Source: Octopus vulgaris (Eukaryota). From it: 64,000 bases of DNA. The stretch spans positions 45,818,001 to 45,882,000 of the forward strand of contig OX597831.1 of the NCBI GenBank assembly GCA_951406725.2, given 5' to 3'. Positions 1 through 40,047 of the stretch are shown here, one piece after another. Every line of letters starts with the position of its first letter. Position 1 is the first letter of the stretch. The notes under the pieces are model-generated. The model made no database searches. It was not told the origin of the DNA and saw only the letters and a program-made list of their open reading frames with translations. The translations under genes and the position numbers were made by a program.

Positions 1-816
1 CAGTACCCACCTCGTAAATGACTCCAGTAAAGGGCTATATCTATAACAAGGAAACAAGGTCGTGTTTTAACAGAATCGTTAAAGTGTCGAACAAAATACT
101 TTGCACTATTTTTTCAACCCTTTGTGTTCTGCGTTCTAATCCTGCCAAAGTTAACTTAGCCTTTCACTTTCCCAGGATCGATAAAATAGAGTCCTGGGTT
201 GATTTAATCGAGTGACTTTAATGTCTCACAGCCTTCTTCACGTAAGAGACTACAGCTGATTCCGAATGAATATTCTTCGTGCTGATTCCGAATGTAAGCC
301 GTAACGGCCATACCATGCATTATTAGCGTTGAAAGACATTAATTAATAATCAAATTGAACAATATTACACAAAAATTTTATAGTTAACGAGATATATGGA
401 GCACCCGTCATCGTTCACGAAGAAGTGCAAGTTGTAATCGATAGACAACAATGAGAATGAGAAATCGAAACCATCTAATTAACTCGGTTTGCAAGAAATT
501 ACACCCTATTTCTAAAGTGCTCTAAGGTATATACGAAGATATCTTATAGCTAGACATGAAACCTGATATATTTTAAGGGGGAACAAACGAAGAAATTATA
601 ACGAAGAGAGATTATCCTAACCGGGAATCAAACTCTTCTTACGAACACGACACACCTCAAGTTTAATGTGCCTTAGTTCTTATGTAGATATGCAAACTGT
701 CATGGAAAAGTATATATCGATTCATTCGACTGTTTTATTTCTGGAATTTATTTGAATAGATTCTGAAAATTTTGACTCTTTTACTCCAAAGAAAACATTG
801 TTACGTCAAAATGTAA

Positions 817-1205
817 GGCGGCGAGCTGGCAGAAACGTTAGCACACTGGGCGAAATGCTTTGCGGTATTTCGCCTGCCGCTACGTTCTGAGTTCAAATTC
901 CGCCGAGGTCGACTTTGCTTTTCATCCTTTCGGGGTCGATTAAATAAGTATCAGTTACGCACTGGGGTCGATATAATCGATTTAATCCGTTTGTCTGTCC
1001 TTGTTTGTCCTTTCTGTGTTTAGCCCCTTGTGGGTAGTAAAGAAATAGGTATTTCGTCTGTCTTTACGTTCTGAGTTCAAATTCTGCTGAGGTCGACTTT
1101 GCCTTTCATCCTTTCGGAGTCGATAAAATAAGTACTAGTTGCGTACTGGAGTCGATCTAATTGACTGGCTCCCTCCCCCAACATTTTGGGCCTTGTGCCT
1201 AGAAT
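817..1205 (+). mobile_element. tRNA-derived SINE with Meta-domain-like core
   Basis: GGCGAGCTGGCAGAA head, GAGTTCAAATTCC box B, core GTCGACTTTGCCTTTCATCCTTTCGGGGTCGAT; other copies near 8420, 13381, 27651, 36745(-), 44437, 51196. Confidence 0.85.
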
Positions 1206-1904
1206 AGAAGAAAAAATGGTATCCTTCCTACCCAATGTGTTATGGGTCACGTAACAAACGCACTGAATGACTGAGGGTCTGGAATGATCTCATCTTTCGA
1301 ACTCGGAAATATTCAACTATCAAGGAAGACTGTCAGTTTTTGTTGTTTTGAGGGTTTTTATTTTTTGCTTTTTTTTTTTTTTTAGCTTTTGGGTATTTTT
1401 CCCCCACAAATTCTTGATATATCTTAGAGAAAACTTCATTTTAATCAATTTATCTCAACTGGATGACAGTTTTTAACGCCAATTGTCAATGAATATTTTC
1501 TTGTTACCCAACCCATGTTTTCCGGGTAGCTTTTTTTTTTTTTAACTTCTGTTTGAAGTCCAAAACAGGAAATTGGTTAGAAAATATCAACTGTAAATAA
1601 TAATTATTTACAGATGACCTCGACTGAAAAAGGATGATGACAAATATTGATTCAGTATACAAGGATATACACTTACTTTCCTGTTCAGGAACTTCTGATT
1701 AAAACAAAGCGACTTAAAAGTATCTGGCCTGCATTCTATCACCAGATTATGGAGTTGTGCTGTTAGCTGTCACTAGAGACCCCACGATCTCTGGAACCAT
1801 TAATTCTTGGAGACATAATTACGGTAAATTAGAATTCTAATTTTCTTTTCACGCTTTGTTTTCTTATTAAATCAAATTGATGAATCATTTGCTGTTGTTA
1901 ATAC

Positions 1905-1915
1905 TGTTGTTGTTG

Positions 1916-2006
<91 letters not shown>

Positions 2007-2027
2007 TTATTATCATTATTATTATTA

Positions 2028-2074
<47 letters not shown>
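1905..2074. repeat. Compound (TTG)/(TTA)/(CTA) trinucleotide microsatellite
   Basis: Directly visible; source of spurious low-complexity ORFs. Confidence 0.97.
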
Positions 2075-2076
<2 letters not shown>

Positions 2077-2158
2077 ACTGTGAGTTCAAATATCGTTGGC
2101 GTGGACTTTGTCTTTTATCCGTTCCGGGGCCGATAAAATAATACCAATTGAGCATTTG

Positions 2159-2931
2159 GGATCTTTTCCTTTTGAACGGCAGACAATTTCTAGTTAACTA
2201 AACACTTTAAAAGAATGTGTCAAAATAAAACGTTTTTTTTTCTCTTGGCTTTCTTGAGAAAATTGTAATTTGTTTGTTTAACGTAGTTTAATTTTTCGAA
2301 TTTTAACCAATCCTATGCTCTCTTTTGAGCTAAAATCATTTGCTGCGTCTAAAACTGAGACAGCATCCTGTCACTACCCCTCAACCTAAACCTAATTTTT
2401 TTTTATTAATTGTTAAATTAATTTAATTGTTACGCGTGTAAAAAAAAAACAAAAGCAATGGAAAATGATTTAAACAATTAACAAACAAAATAATTCTATA
2501 ATTTTATACACACGCTTTCTGTATACGTACGGAAAGCGTGTGTATAAAATTATAGAATTATTTTGTTTGTTAATTGTTTAAAACATTTTCCATTGCTTTC
2601 GGTTTTTTTTACACGCGTAACAATTAAATTAATTTAACAATTAAGAAAAAAAATTAGGGTTAGGGTTTGGGGGAGGTTTAGGGTTAGTTACAGGATGTTG
2701 TCTCAGTTTTAGACGCAGCAAATGATTTTAGTTTAATGGAGGTAATCGATTGGTTAAAATTGCCGAAATGCTCGGATTTTCAGACGAAATATCTTACAAA
2801 CTATAGAATTTTCTCAATAAAGCCAAGAAAAAATGATGTTTTATAAACACATCCTACCAGTATACGAAGTTTAAAAGTGTTTAGTTAACTAGAAATTGTG
2901 TTGACATCTGCCGTTCAAAAGGAAAAGATCC
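2159..2931. mobile_element. Palindromic MITE, Merlin-like (GGATC...GATCC, 8-bp TSD)
   Basis: TIR GGATCTTTTCCTTTTGAACGGCAG; TSD AGCATTTG at 2151-2158 and 2932-2939; near full-length fold-back; inserted into a SINE. Confidence 0.9.
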
Positions 2932-3498
2932 AGCATTTGTGTCGTGTAACTGACCAGCCATTAAAAATATTGGCTTTGTGCCTAAATCAAACATAGACAC
3001 AAGACACAAGAACACACACACACACACATACAAACAAACAAACACACGCACACACATATACTTTTATTCTTTTATTCTTTTACTTGTTTCAGTCATTTGA
3101 CTGTGGCCATGCTGGAGCACCGCCTTTAGTCGAGCAAATCGACTCCAGGACTTCTTGTTTGTCAGCCTAGTGCTTATTCTATCGATATCTTTCACCAAAC
3201 CGCTAAGTTACGATGACGTAAGCGCACAAGCATTGGTTGTCAAGCAATATTGGTGGAGGCAAACAGAGACACATAAACACACACACACACACACATATAT
3301 ATAAGAACAAAGTGAGATAGGGGTTATGAGTGTAAACCACTATGGGATATCAGTTATCCAATATACTGCCTTATTGATGTATATTGTTTTATTCTGTTGG
3401 ATTTGGATGTTCCTATTTAATTAGTTAATAAATTATATGAATTGGTAATATCTGTAAGTCGATGATTGAAAGGAATCTATTCCTCCATTTTCTTATTT

Positions 3499-3566
<68 letters not shown>

Positions 3567-3610
3567 AATAAGAAAATGGAGGAATAGATTCCTTTCAATC
3601 ATCAACTTAC

Positions 3611-3660
<50 letters not shown>

Positions 3661-3814
3661 GACGGGCTTCTTTCAGTTTCTGTCTACCAAATCCACTCAC
3701 AAGGCTTTAGTCGGACCGAGGCACACGTGTCCAAGGTGTCACGCACTGGAACTGAATCAGGAACTATGTGGATGGGAAGCAAACTTCTTATTACTCAGCC
3801 ATACCTGTATGTAA

Positions 3815-3995
3815 CACACACACACGCATACATACATACATACATACATGCATGCATGCATGCATGCATGCATGCATGCATGCATGCATGCATACATACA
3901 TACATACATACATACATACATACATACATACATACATACATACATACATACATACATACATACATACATACATACATACATACATACATACATAC

Positions 3996-4059
<64 letters not shown>
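3815..4059. repeat. Compound (CA)/(CATA)/(CATG)/(TA) microsatellite
   Basis: Directly visible. Confidence 0.97.
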
Positions 4060-4062
<3 letters not shown>

Positions 4063-5130
4063 GCATACGTCACCCTACGTCGTTAATTGGTTCCAGGAGA
4101 ACTTGTCTCTGGACTAGGCGAGGCCGAATTTACTCGTCCTTATGCTAAACCGATAATAACCACTCCCAGTTCTGTACCTTATTTATGAATGCATTTTCAA
4201 TAATACATGGTTACAGACAAATAATTTTTATTTTTTAATACAGTACAGTAAAAAAAAATGTAATCTGAATTTACGAATACAGTTTGGCGGTATCTACTGT
4301 ACATCGCAGATGCTTTATTTATGAATGCAGTTTGCAATAAGACATGGTAAAATAAAAGTCTTTTTTAAGCTTAAAAAATAAATTCAGTAATTATTTTTAT
4401 TTTGCAATAGTAAAATAAACACTATATTATTTTAAATTTACGAATACGTACATACAATTTGGTGGTTTACATCGCAGATATAAATGGCTGTGGATTGTCA
4501 ACATCAACAACTGATAGGCTGTTCTTGTTCGATGCGCTTAAAAAGCCGGTTGAGTATTCCTTGAACTGTCTTCTTTTCCTCAAGGATTACATTATAAGGA
4601 GCAAAAGCATTTGGATCCATATCCTCGAACATAGAAAGGCCTTTTTCGATAATGTAAATAGTAAAGTGACGTGGATCAGGTTCGACTTCCTCTTCTTCTT
4701 TATTTTGCTGCTCGTGAAGCTCTATCAAATCCTCGTTCGTCAGGGGCTACTTGTCTTTTTTCAAATATATCTGTGAAATCCCCCAATTCCATTTCCAGTT
4801 CTTGGCTCGTAATCACCAACGTTTTGTTGATGGCAACATTATCAAACCCGTTAAAAGCATTCACGAACTTCGGGTATAGCTTCTTCCATATACCATTCAT
4901 AACTGTGTTCTGTACATCGTTCCATGCCGCTGCTATGTTCTGTCCAGCCTTGTAGATATCGTATATCTTCCAAAAGTCACGAAGGGTGATGGACTCATCA
5001 AGATCAGTTGAAGCATGACTGAAGTGGGAGGGTCTTTATTTTTACCTTTATTATATGTACTAGCAGAAAGGCCGCCCCCCGGAAGGTTTTCTGCTAGCCA
5101 CTTGATAATATTTTCACATTTTCTTCCCAT
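4060..5130 (-). mobile_element. Tigger/pogo transposase relic
   Basis: TA|CAGGCATAC terminus; decayed frames including AAWNDVQNTVMNGIWKKLYPKFVNAFNGFD typical of Tigger-like transposases. Confidence 0.65.
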
Positions 5131-6153
5131 TTCTAATCATTTAAAAAAATTTACGCCTAATTATTTCTTTCTATAATAGTGCTCACTTGCCTAGTAAATA
5201 TTGCTTTCATTATTTTATCACAGTTATAATCCCTCTTTTTTAAACAAACATCACGGTAGTCCAACAACAGAGGGAGAAGTAGTTTGTCGAGTTTTACCTT
5301 CCCCTCAAAGCATCATAGTGATTTCTATTCAGCAGCCCATTTGTAAGCTTTGCAGTGTGTGTGTGTGAGAGAGAGAGGGAGGACATTGAAAATAATGAAT
5401 GAAATAAACATGAAATAAAAGAGCATTACTACAGATGTATACGCCCCCGACTTTGTGGTCTCATAACATCCAGAAAAATGGATACTTTTTAACAAAATTT
5501 TCTAAAACTACTGCTTAGATAGTGTGGCTTCAAATTATATAGGAATTTATGGGAAAGAACTTTTGCAGCGTAGAAGATGTTTGTAAACCATTCAAGAACA
5601 CGCAAATACCGTTAGTTTCACTTCAACATTAAAGGTTCATTTGTGTCAAAATATTTTCATCGCTTTGAAACCGCGACCTGTTCACTGACAAAACTTCATG
5701 AAAGTGATGCAGTACGAAGTTTTGTCAGGGAACAGCGCACGCACACACACACACGCACACACACACGTACACACACACACGTACACACACACACACACAC
5801 ATGCACGCACACACACAACCACACACACGCACGCATGCATACACGTACACACAAACCCACCCACACACACAAATTCATTGCCTTTTATTTGTGTGTATGT
5901 GTATCTATGTGCGTGCGCGAGTGTGTATTGGTATGTGTGTGTGACTGTTGAAGTTGTGTTTGGAAACTGAATAAGGTGCAAGTTTCGAGTACTTGTCGGT
6001 AACTTTTTGTTTTTTTCTCTCTTCGTCTTCTAATAGTAATTACCCAGCTTCCTAGGCTCTTCTCACACCTATCCCGCGTTCAAAAATTATATGGGCATTT
6101 AAAAAAAAAATTTCATTCAATAACTAATGTTTTTACATTACGTATACATTAAT

Positions 6154-6540
6154 GGATGGAAGCACTCCGTCGGTTACGACGACGAGGGTTCCAGTTGATC
6201 CGATCAACGGAACAGCCTGCTCGTGAAATTAACGTGTAAGTGGTTGAGCACTCCACAGACACGTGTACCCTTAACGTAGTTCTCGGGGATATTCAGCGTG
6301 ACACAGAGAGTGACAAGGCCGGCCCTTTTAAAATACAGGTACAACAGAAACAGGAAGTAAGAGTGAGAGAAAGTTGTGGTGAAAGAGTACAGCAGGGTTC
6401 ACCACCATCCCCTGCCGGAGCCTCGTAGAGGTTTAGGTGTTTTCGCTCAATAAACACTCACAACGCCCGGTCTGGGAAACGAAACCGCGATCCTACGACC
6501 GCGAGTCCACTGCCCTAACCACTGGGCCATTGCGCCTCCA
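6154..6540 (-). mobile_element. tRNA-derived SINE (fourth family)
   Basis: Minus strand begins GGAGGCGCAATGGCCCAGTGGTTAGGGCAG (tRNA-like head) followed by about 300 nt of non-tRNA body. Confidence 0.75.
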
Positions 6541-6852
6541 CATGTATACATTAATAGCGAATTAAAACTTAAAAGAGAAAGTGAGAAACTTTGCAAATGA
6601 AAATGGAATACTTCGCAGTGAATGCAATGAATATTTAAATTTGTGATGAAATGGACGCAGTGAATATTTAAATTTGCGAGAAATTGGACTTTAAAAAAAT
6701 TCAATAAACTTGAGAAATCGAAATTATAGGAAATTTCTTAGAACATGAATTTATAAAAATATTTCCAGACAGTCAACCCTTTAATAATTTAGTAATTGTT
6801 ACAGATCTAATTAATTAGCAATTTTATCCATTATAGTATAGATGTATGTAAT

Positions 6853-7425
6853 TATTCAGTTTTATTTCAAGATTTTTTGCCAATAGAGAAAGAACCGGTT
6901 TCTAACTTAGATCCAAGGCTCCCTCGTTGGAATTTCAACAACATCAACAGAGTATTTTTGCATGTATGTGAGTATATGTGCAGTATTTGGAGTTAGTGCA
7001 TGTAGAGATTTGTATGTTTTATTTTATGCATATATATACTCATACATATAGTTGTTTGTCTAAACATGCTTATATATATATGTTATATCGCAATACTACA
7101 CAGTGGCTGTGTGAGCTACGAAATCATCGTCACTGTTATGTCGCACGTTCGGATGGCCTCTACTCGCTCTACTCGCTCTACTCTTACTACTCTCGACGTC
7201 TAGGCTTCTCTCTATATATCTACGTATTGGACTAGCCTGCTTCATCGTCTGGGGGCGTCCACACAATAATATACTTAAATGGTAAACTTCTGGAAAGTTT
7301 TACAAATGTTTACAGTTCCAGTGATGGCTTGTACATGTAGTCTTCGAATCAGCTTTCTCCTTTCTGGTTTTGAGAATCCTAATTTCTCAAGATTGGTACT
7401 TAGGAAGTGTGTTACATATACCAGG
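6853..7425 (-). mobile_element. 3' end of REL-endonuclease LINE (R4/Dong-like)
   Basis: YVTHFLSTNLEKLGFSKPERRKLIRRLHVQAITGTVNICKTFQKF* plus 3'UTR also seen at about 48860-48960. Confidence 0.6.
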
Positions 7426-8569
7426 GCTACGAAAATATAATTAAAATTTGTTTAAAATATGTGGACCTCGTTTTGCTAAAAATAGCAACCAATAATCTTA
7501 AAATTACATTTTAGTATTTTAAAAAAAGGAATGATAATTTCATAATTGTTTCAAATTGTGGCACAAGATTAGCAGTTTTAGGGTAAGCGAGTCAGTCGAG
7601 TACATCGACTCCGGTACTTGATTAATACTTTATTTCATTGACCTTGAAAGGCAAAGTTATATTGTAAATATATAAATGAGAAACTTGAATTAGAATAAAA
7701 GTAAAATAAGTTTTATTTCAATTTAATTAATATCTTTATTTTTGAAATCAGTATTCATTTCATTAGTATTAAATCACAATGAAATTTGAAAAAATAAAAT
7801 AAAATTAGGAATGATTATTCTACCTGTGTCACTTTACCTGATTATTACTCGAGTGACAAAATATATATTCCGTACATTACTCATTATATGAATGTTACAC
7901 TATGGGGTTTCCATATTTTACTCGTCATATGAAAGTTACACTACAGGGTTTCCGTACTTTTTCTCTGGCTTTAAAGCAATATTTGGAATCAGCGCTAAAA
8001 GAAGTTAGTGAAATATTCGTCGTTTTTTGTTTATTCGCTTTTTTTTTTTACGTTCTCGCTGCATATAGAATTGAACTGCATCGATATCTGCTAATGAACT
8101 GGATATCTTATTCATAGCCAATATGGACAGAGCATCTTACTTTAGATTGCTTGCTTAATCCCTTCACTCCCAGAGAAGCATAGCATAGGCTGTCGATGAC
8201 TTTTCTCCACTGTTCACGACTCAGGGCTGTATATTTCTGTTTCTTTTCAGTTAGATCTGTTTTTTTCTGCTCTGCCCGAGGGAAGGTATTCCTCTCTCCA
8301 AGTTTTGTTGATTTTGAATGATCACCAATACTTCTGTACCTTTGTTTTTTTTCAAGGTAAAGGTGTTGGTAAATCCATTTTTACATCTGGCAAGAGGTGG
8401 CTCATTTTTAGCTTGGTCCCGACGTTCTCAGTTCAAATTCCGCTGCGGTCGACTTTGCTTTCATCCTTTCGGGGCCGGTAAAATAAGTACCAGATGAGCC
8501 CTGGGGTCGATGTAATTGACTTACCTCCTCCCAAAAAATTTCAGGCCTTGTGCCTATAGTAGAAAGGAT

Positions 8570-10082
8570 GGTCAATATACAGTTTAAGACCCGGTCACGA
8601 AAACAAAAATAAAAAACAGCCTACTGGACGTTAAAAAAATGTGTAGAAAATGAATATGAAAATAAAAATTTGCGCAAACGAACGGGGAGTGGGGAGAGGA
8701 CCTTCGGAAAATTCCCTCATAACTTTAAGGAAAATGGATATATATTGATGAATTTATATAGAAATACCGTTCAAGTGGTACAGATTACAATAATAAAGTA
8801 ATTTCTGGGGAAAATGTTTTCCGAATGGGTGGGGAGAGGATTTCGTAAAATTCACACGATCCGGTGTTTTCCCTCATAACTTTCAGGAAAATGGATATCT
8901 TTTAAGGAAATTTTACAGAAACACCTTTCAAACAATATAGATTACGATTATAAATAAATTTTATAGAGAAAATGTTTTCCGAAGGGGTGGAGAGCGGAGT
9001 GTCGGGAAATTCACACGATCCGTTTTTTCCTTCATAACTTTCAGGATCTAGTTTAGCATCCGGTCACCAAAACGAAAAAAAATTAGTCTACTAAGTGTAA
9101 AAAAAACCATGCAGAAGACGAATATGAAAACAAAAATTAGCGCAGACGAAAGAGGGGTGAGCGTGGAGAGGACTTTTGGAAATTTCACACGATCCGATTT
9201 TTCCCCCCATAACTTTCAGGAAAATGGATAGCTTTTAATGAAATTTTACAGAAACGCCTTTAAAACGGCATGGATTACTATCATTAAGAAATTGTGAGGA
9301 TAAATGTTTTCTTGAAAGTTATAAGTGAAAAAAATCGGATCGTGTGAATTTTCCGAATGTCCTCTCCCCACCCATCCCCTTCCGTTTGCTCAAATTTTTG
9401 TTTTCATATTCGTTTTCTACACGTTTTTTACACCTATTACAGTAGTTTTTTTTTCCGTTTTGGTGACCGGGAGCTAAGCTAGATCCTGAAAGTTATGAGG
9501 GGTAAAAACGGATCGTATGAACTTTCCGGCAGTCCTCTTCCCACCTCTTCGGAAAACATTTTCCCCACAAATTTCTTTATAATTATAATCTATGCTGTTT
9601 GAAAGGTGTTTCTGTAAAATTTCATTAAATAGATATCCATTTTCCTGAAAGTTATGGGGGAAAAAATCGGATCGTATGAATTTCCCGAAAGTCTTCTCCC
9701 CACCCACCCCACATTTCTTTTTCTACACGGCTTTTTACACCTAGTCGACTGGAGTGGGGCGTTGTGACCGGGCGCTAAACTAGATCCTGAAAGTTATGAG
9801 GATCGCGTGAACTTTCGGACAGTTCTCTCCCCACCTCTTCGGAAAGCATTTTCTCCAGAAATTTCTTTATAATCGTAATTTGTGTCATTTGAACGGTATT
9901 TCTATAAAATTTCATCAATATATATCCATTTTCCTTAAAGTTATGAGGGAAAAATCGGATCTTGGGAATTTTCCGAAAGTCCTCTCAACCCATTCGTTTG
10001 CGCAAATTTTTGTTTTCATATTCATTTCCTACACATTTTTTTTTTACACCCGCTAGGCTGGTTGGGGGTCTGTATATTGACC
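8570..10082. mobile_element. 1.5-kb foldback element with internal repeats, Merlin-like
   Basis: GGTCAATATACAG...CTGTATATTGACC termini; TSD GAAAGGAT on both sides; repeated units that switch orientation near 9310. Confidence 0.88.
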
Positions 10083-11087
10083 GAAAGGATTATTAACCTG
10101 ACCCATATCCTTTGACCTGTCCATCATAAGAAGTCCTGCCAGAGCTTGCGCTTCACTGACATTGCTCTCAGCACCATTGAAGCACTTAGGCCTCTACACT
10201 GCTACAAGGACTGGAACCTTGAGGTGGATATTTTATATAAGTTATGTGTAGTTATTAATAGAATTTATTGTTCTAAATAGGCGCAGGCGTGGCTGTGTGT
10301 TAGGAAGCTTGCTTCTCAACTACATGGTTTAGGGTTCAATCTCACTGCATCGCATCTTCTGTATCTTCTACTGTAGCATCGGGCCGACCAAAACCTTGTA
10401 AGTAGATTTGGTAGATGGAAACTGAAAGACGCCCGTCGTGTGCGCGCGTGCGTATGTGTGTGTGTATATGCGTGTCTTTGTGTTTGTCCCCCCACCACCA
10501 CTTGACAACCGGTGTTGGTGCGTAACAATGCGGCTCGGCAAAAGAGACCGATAGAATAAGTACTGGTGGGTCGATACATTCGACTAAAATTTCTTCTTGG
10601 TTGTGTTCCAGCATGGCTGCTGACTAATGACTGAAACAAGTAGAATAAAAGATAAGTTAATCATTAGTTAATCATTATAAAGATAATTGATAAAGGTAAT
10701 TTAATCATAATCAAAGGTAAGTTAATCATTCCTATGATGCGACGATCTGACTGAATCGCGATAGTATCAGAAAGAACACTTTGCCAAATGTGTTTCGGCC
10801 CTCTGTGCACTGAATTCAAATCTTGCTGAGATCACTTTTTCCTTTTTTGTATACGAGGATCGATAAATAATCAAACAGCTTTAATTTTCTCTGGGAGATG
10901 ACTAAAAATAAATAAATAAATAAATAAAACATAACAAAGAAGAAAGAACGTTTATATCACAGTTTTACCATTTCTTTCACCACTACTCTGCGAATACAGC
11001 AAGAGGGAAAGTAGTATTTCTGTTAACTACTACTCAAGAAGTTTTTTTTTCTTTTTTTTTGTTTTCGTTTCTGCTTTAGATTTAAAG

Positions 11088-30833
<19,746 letters not shown>

Positions 30834-31757
30834 GAATAAAATATCAAATAATTTCAGTTTCTGAGAGAAAATAACATCCAGGATTTAATATATCTTCCAT
30901 TTTCGAAAATTTCGTTAAAATAATTTTTTTTTTTTTAATTAGGGAAGATTTCCATTAAGAATCCGAACATGAAACTGTTGCAACACAGTAACGCCATACT
31001 TGTCCAATTTTGTAAGCAGGGATTTAAGTCTTCGTTTTCTTTTTAAATTTATCTATTTTCATTTTCCCTCTACATCTAGATTACTATTTCCAGTCAACAA
31101 GCAAGCGGTCATTCAGCTTGCCACAATGGCAGCTCAATTTCCTACCCTAGATTCTTAAAAACTGTGGATACACAACTAATCCAGCAATCCCATTCAAACC
31201 TTACATTAGCCGTTTCTTCTCTTGATATCACCCTAAATAAAATATACAAAATCAAACAAACTAAAATGAAAATGTAACATTTACCAGCTGAGAGATTAAG
31301 TCAAGAACAGCAAAAATCCAATCAACAAACATAAAAATTAATTAATTACGTCAGCTGGATGTTCCACAATCTATATCACTATTTAAATTTTATCTATGTC
31401 AAAGTAAACACTTTCTCATGCATATTTATTTCTGAAGTAGTTTGGAATTTCTGGACTATTTACCTCATGCTTCATATTGTATATTATAGAAAATGACCAG
31501 AGAATAGAACTAAAACATTAGTACAATATAGAAATGCAAAGAATGAGGTAAATAGTTTGAAAATTTCAAACCTCCCAGACTTTTCCATTAAATATCAAGA
31601 ATAATTTTTAATTGCATTGATACTAAATTTACATTTTTTTTTTGTGGTATCACAGAACTTTGGTCATTAAAATAAAAACTATTAGACATAAGTCACAGCA
31701 TTTGGAATCTTTATTTTACTTTAAACCACATAAACAGGTTCAAGTTACTCCATTAGT

Positions 31758-39990
<8,233 letters not shown>

Positions 39991-40047
39991 TCTGCTCTGT
40001 CAAACGATGCAAAAAGGAAGAAGCGGAGGCAGGCTTACATTATATAG
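39991..40047 (-). promoter_or_regulatory. RPS27 core promoter: TATA box and 5'TOP/TCT initiator
   Basis: TATATAA at 40046-40040 (- strand), about 25-30 nt upstream of the pyrimidine tract CTTCCTTTTTGC (40020-40009), then a short 5'UTR to ATG at 39990. Confidence 0.8.

Noticed and set aside
1877-5981. Many low-complexity ORFs (poly-I/L/N, YIYI, HTHT, CVCV)
   Set aside because: They are translations of microsatellites.
8570-10082. CRISPR-like repeat array
   Set aside because: Eukaryotic context, no unique spacers, mirror symmetry with TIR and TSD indicate a transposon.
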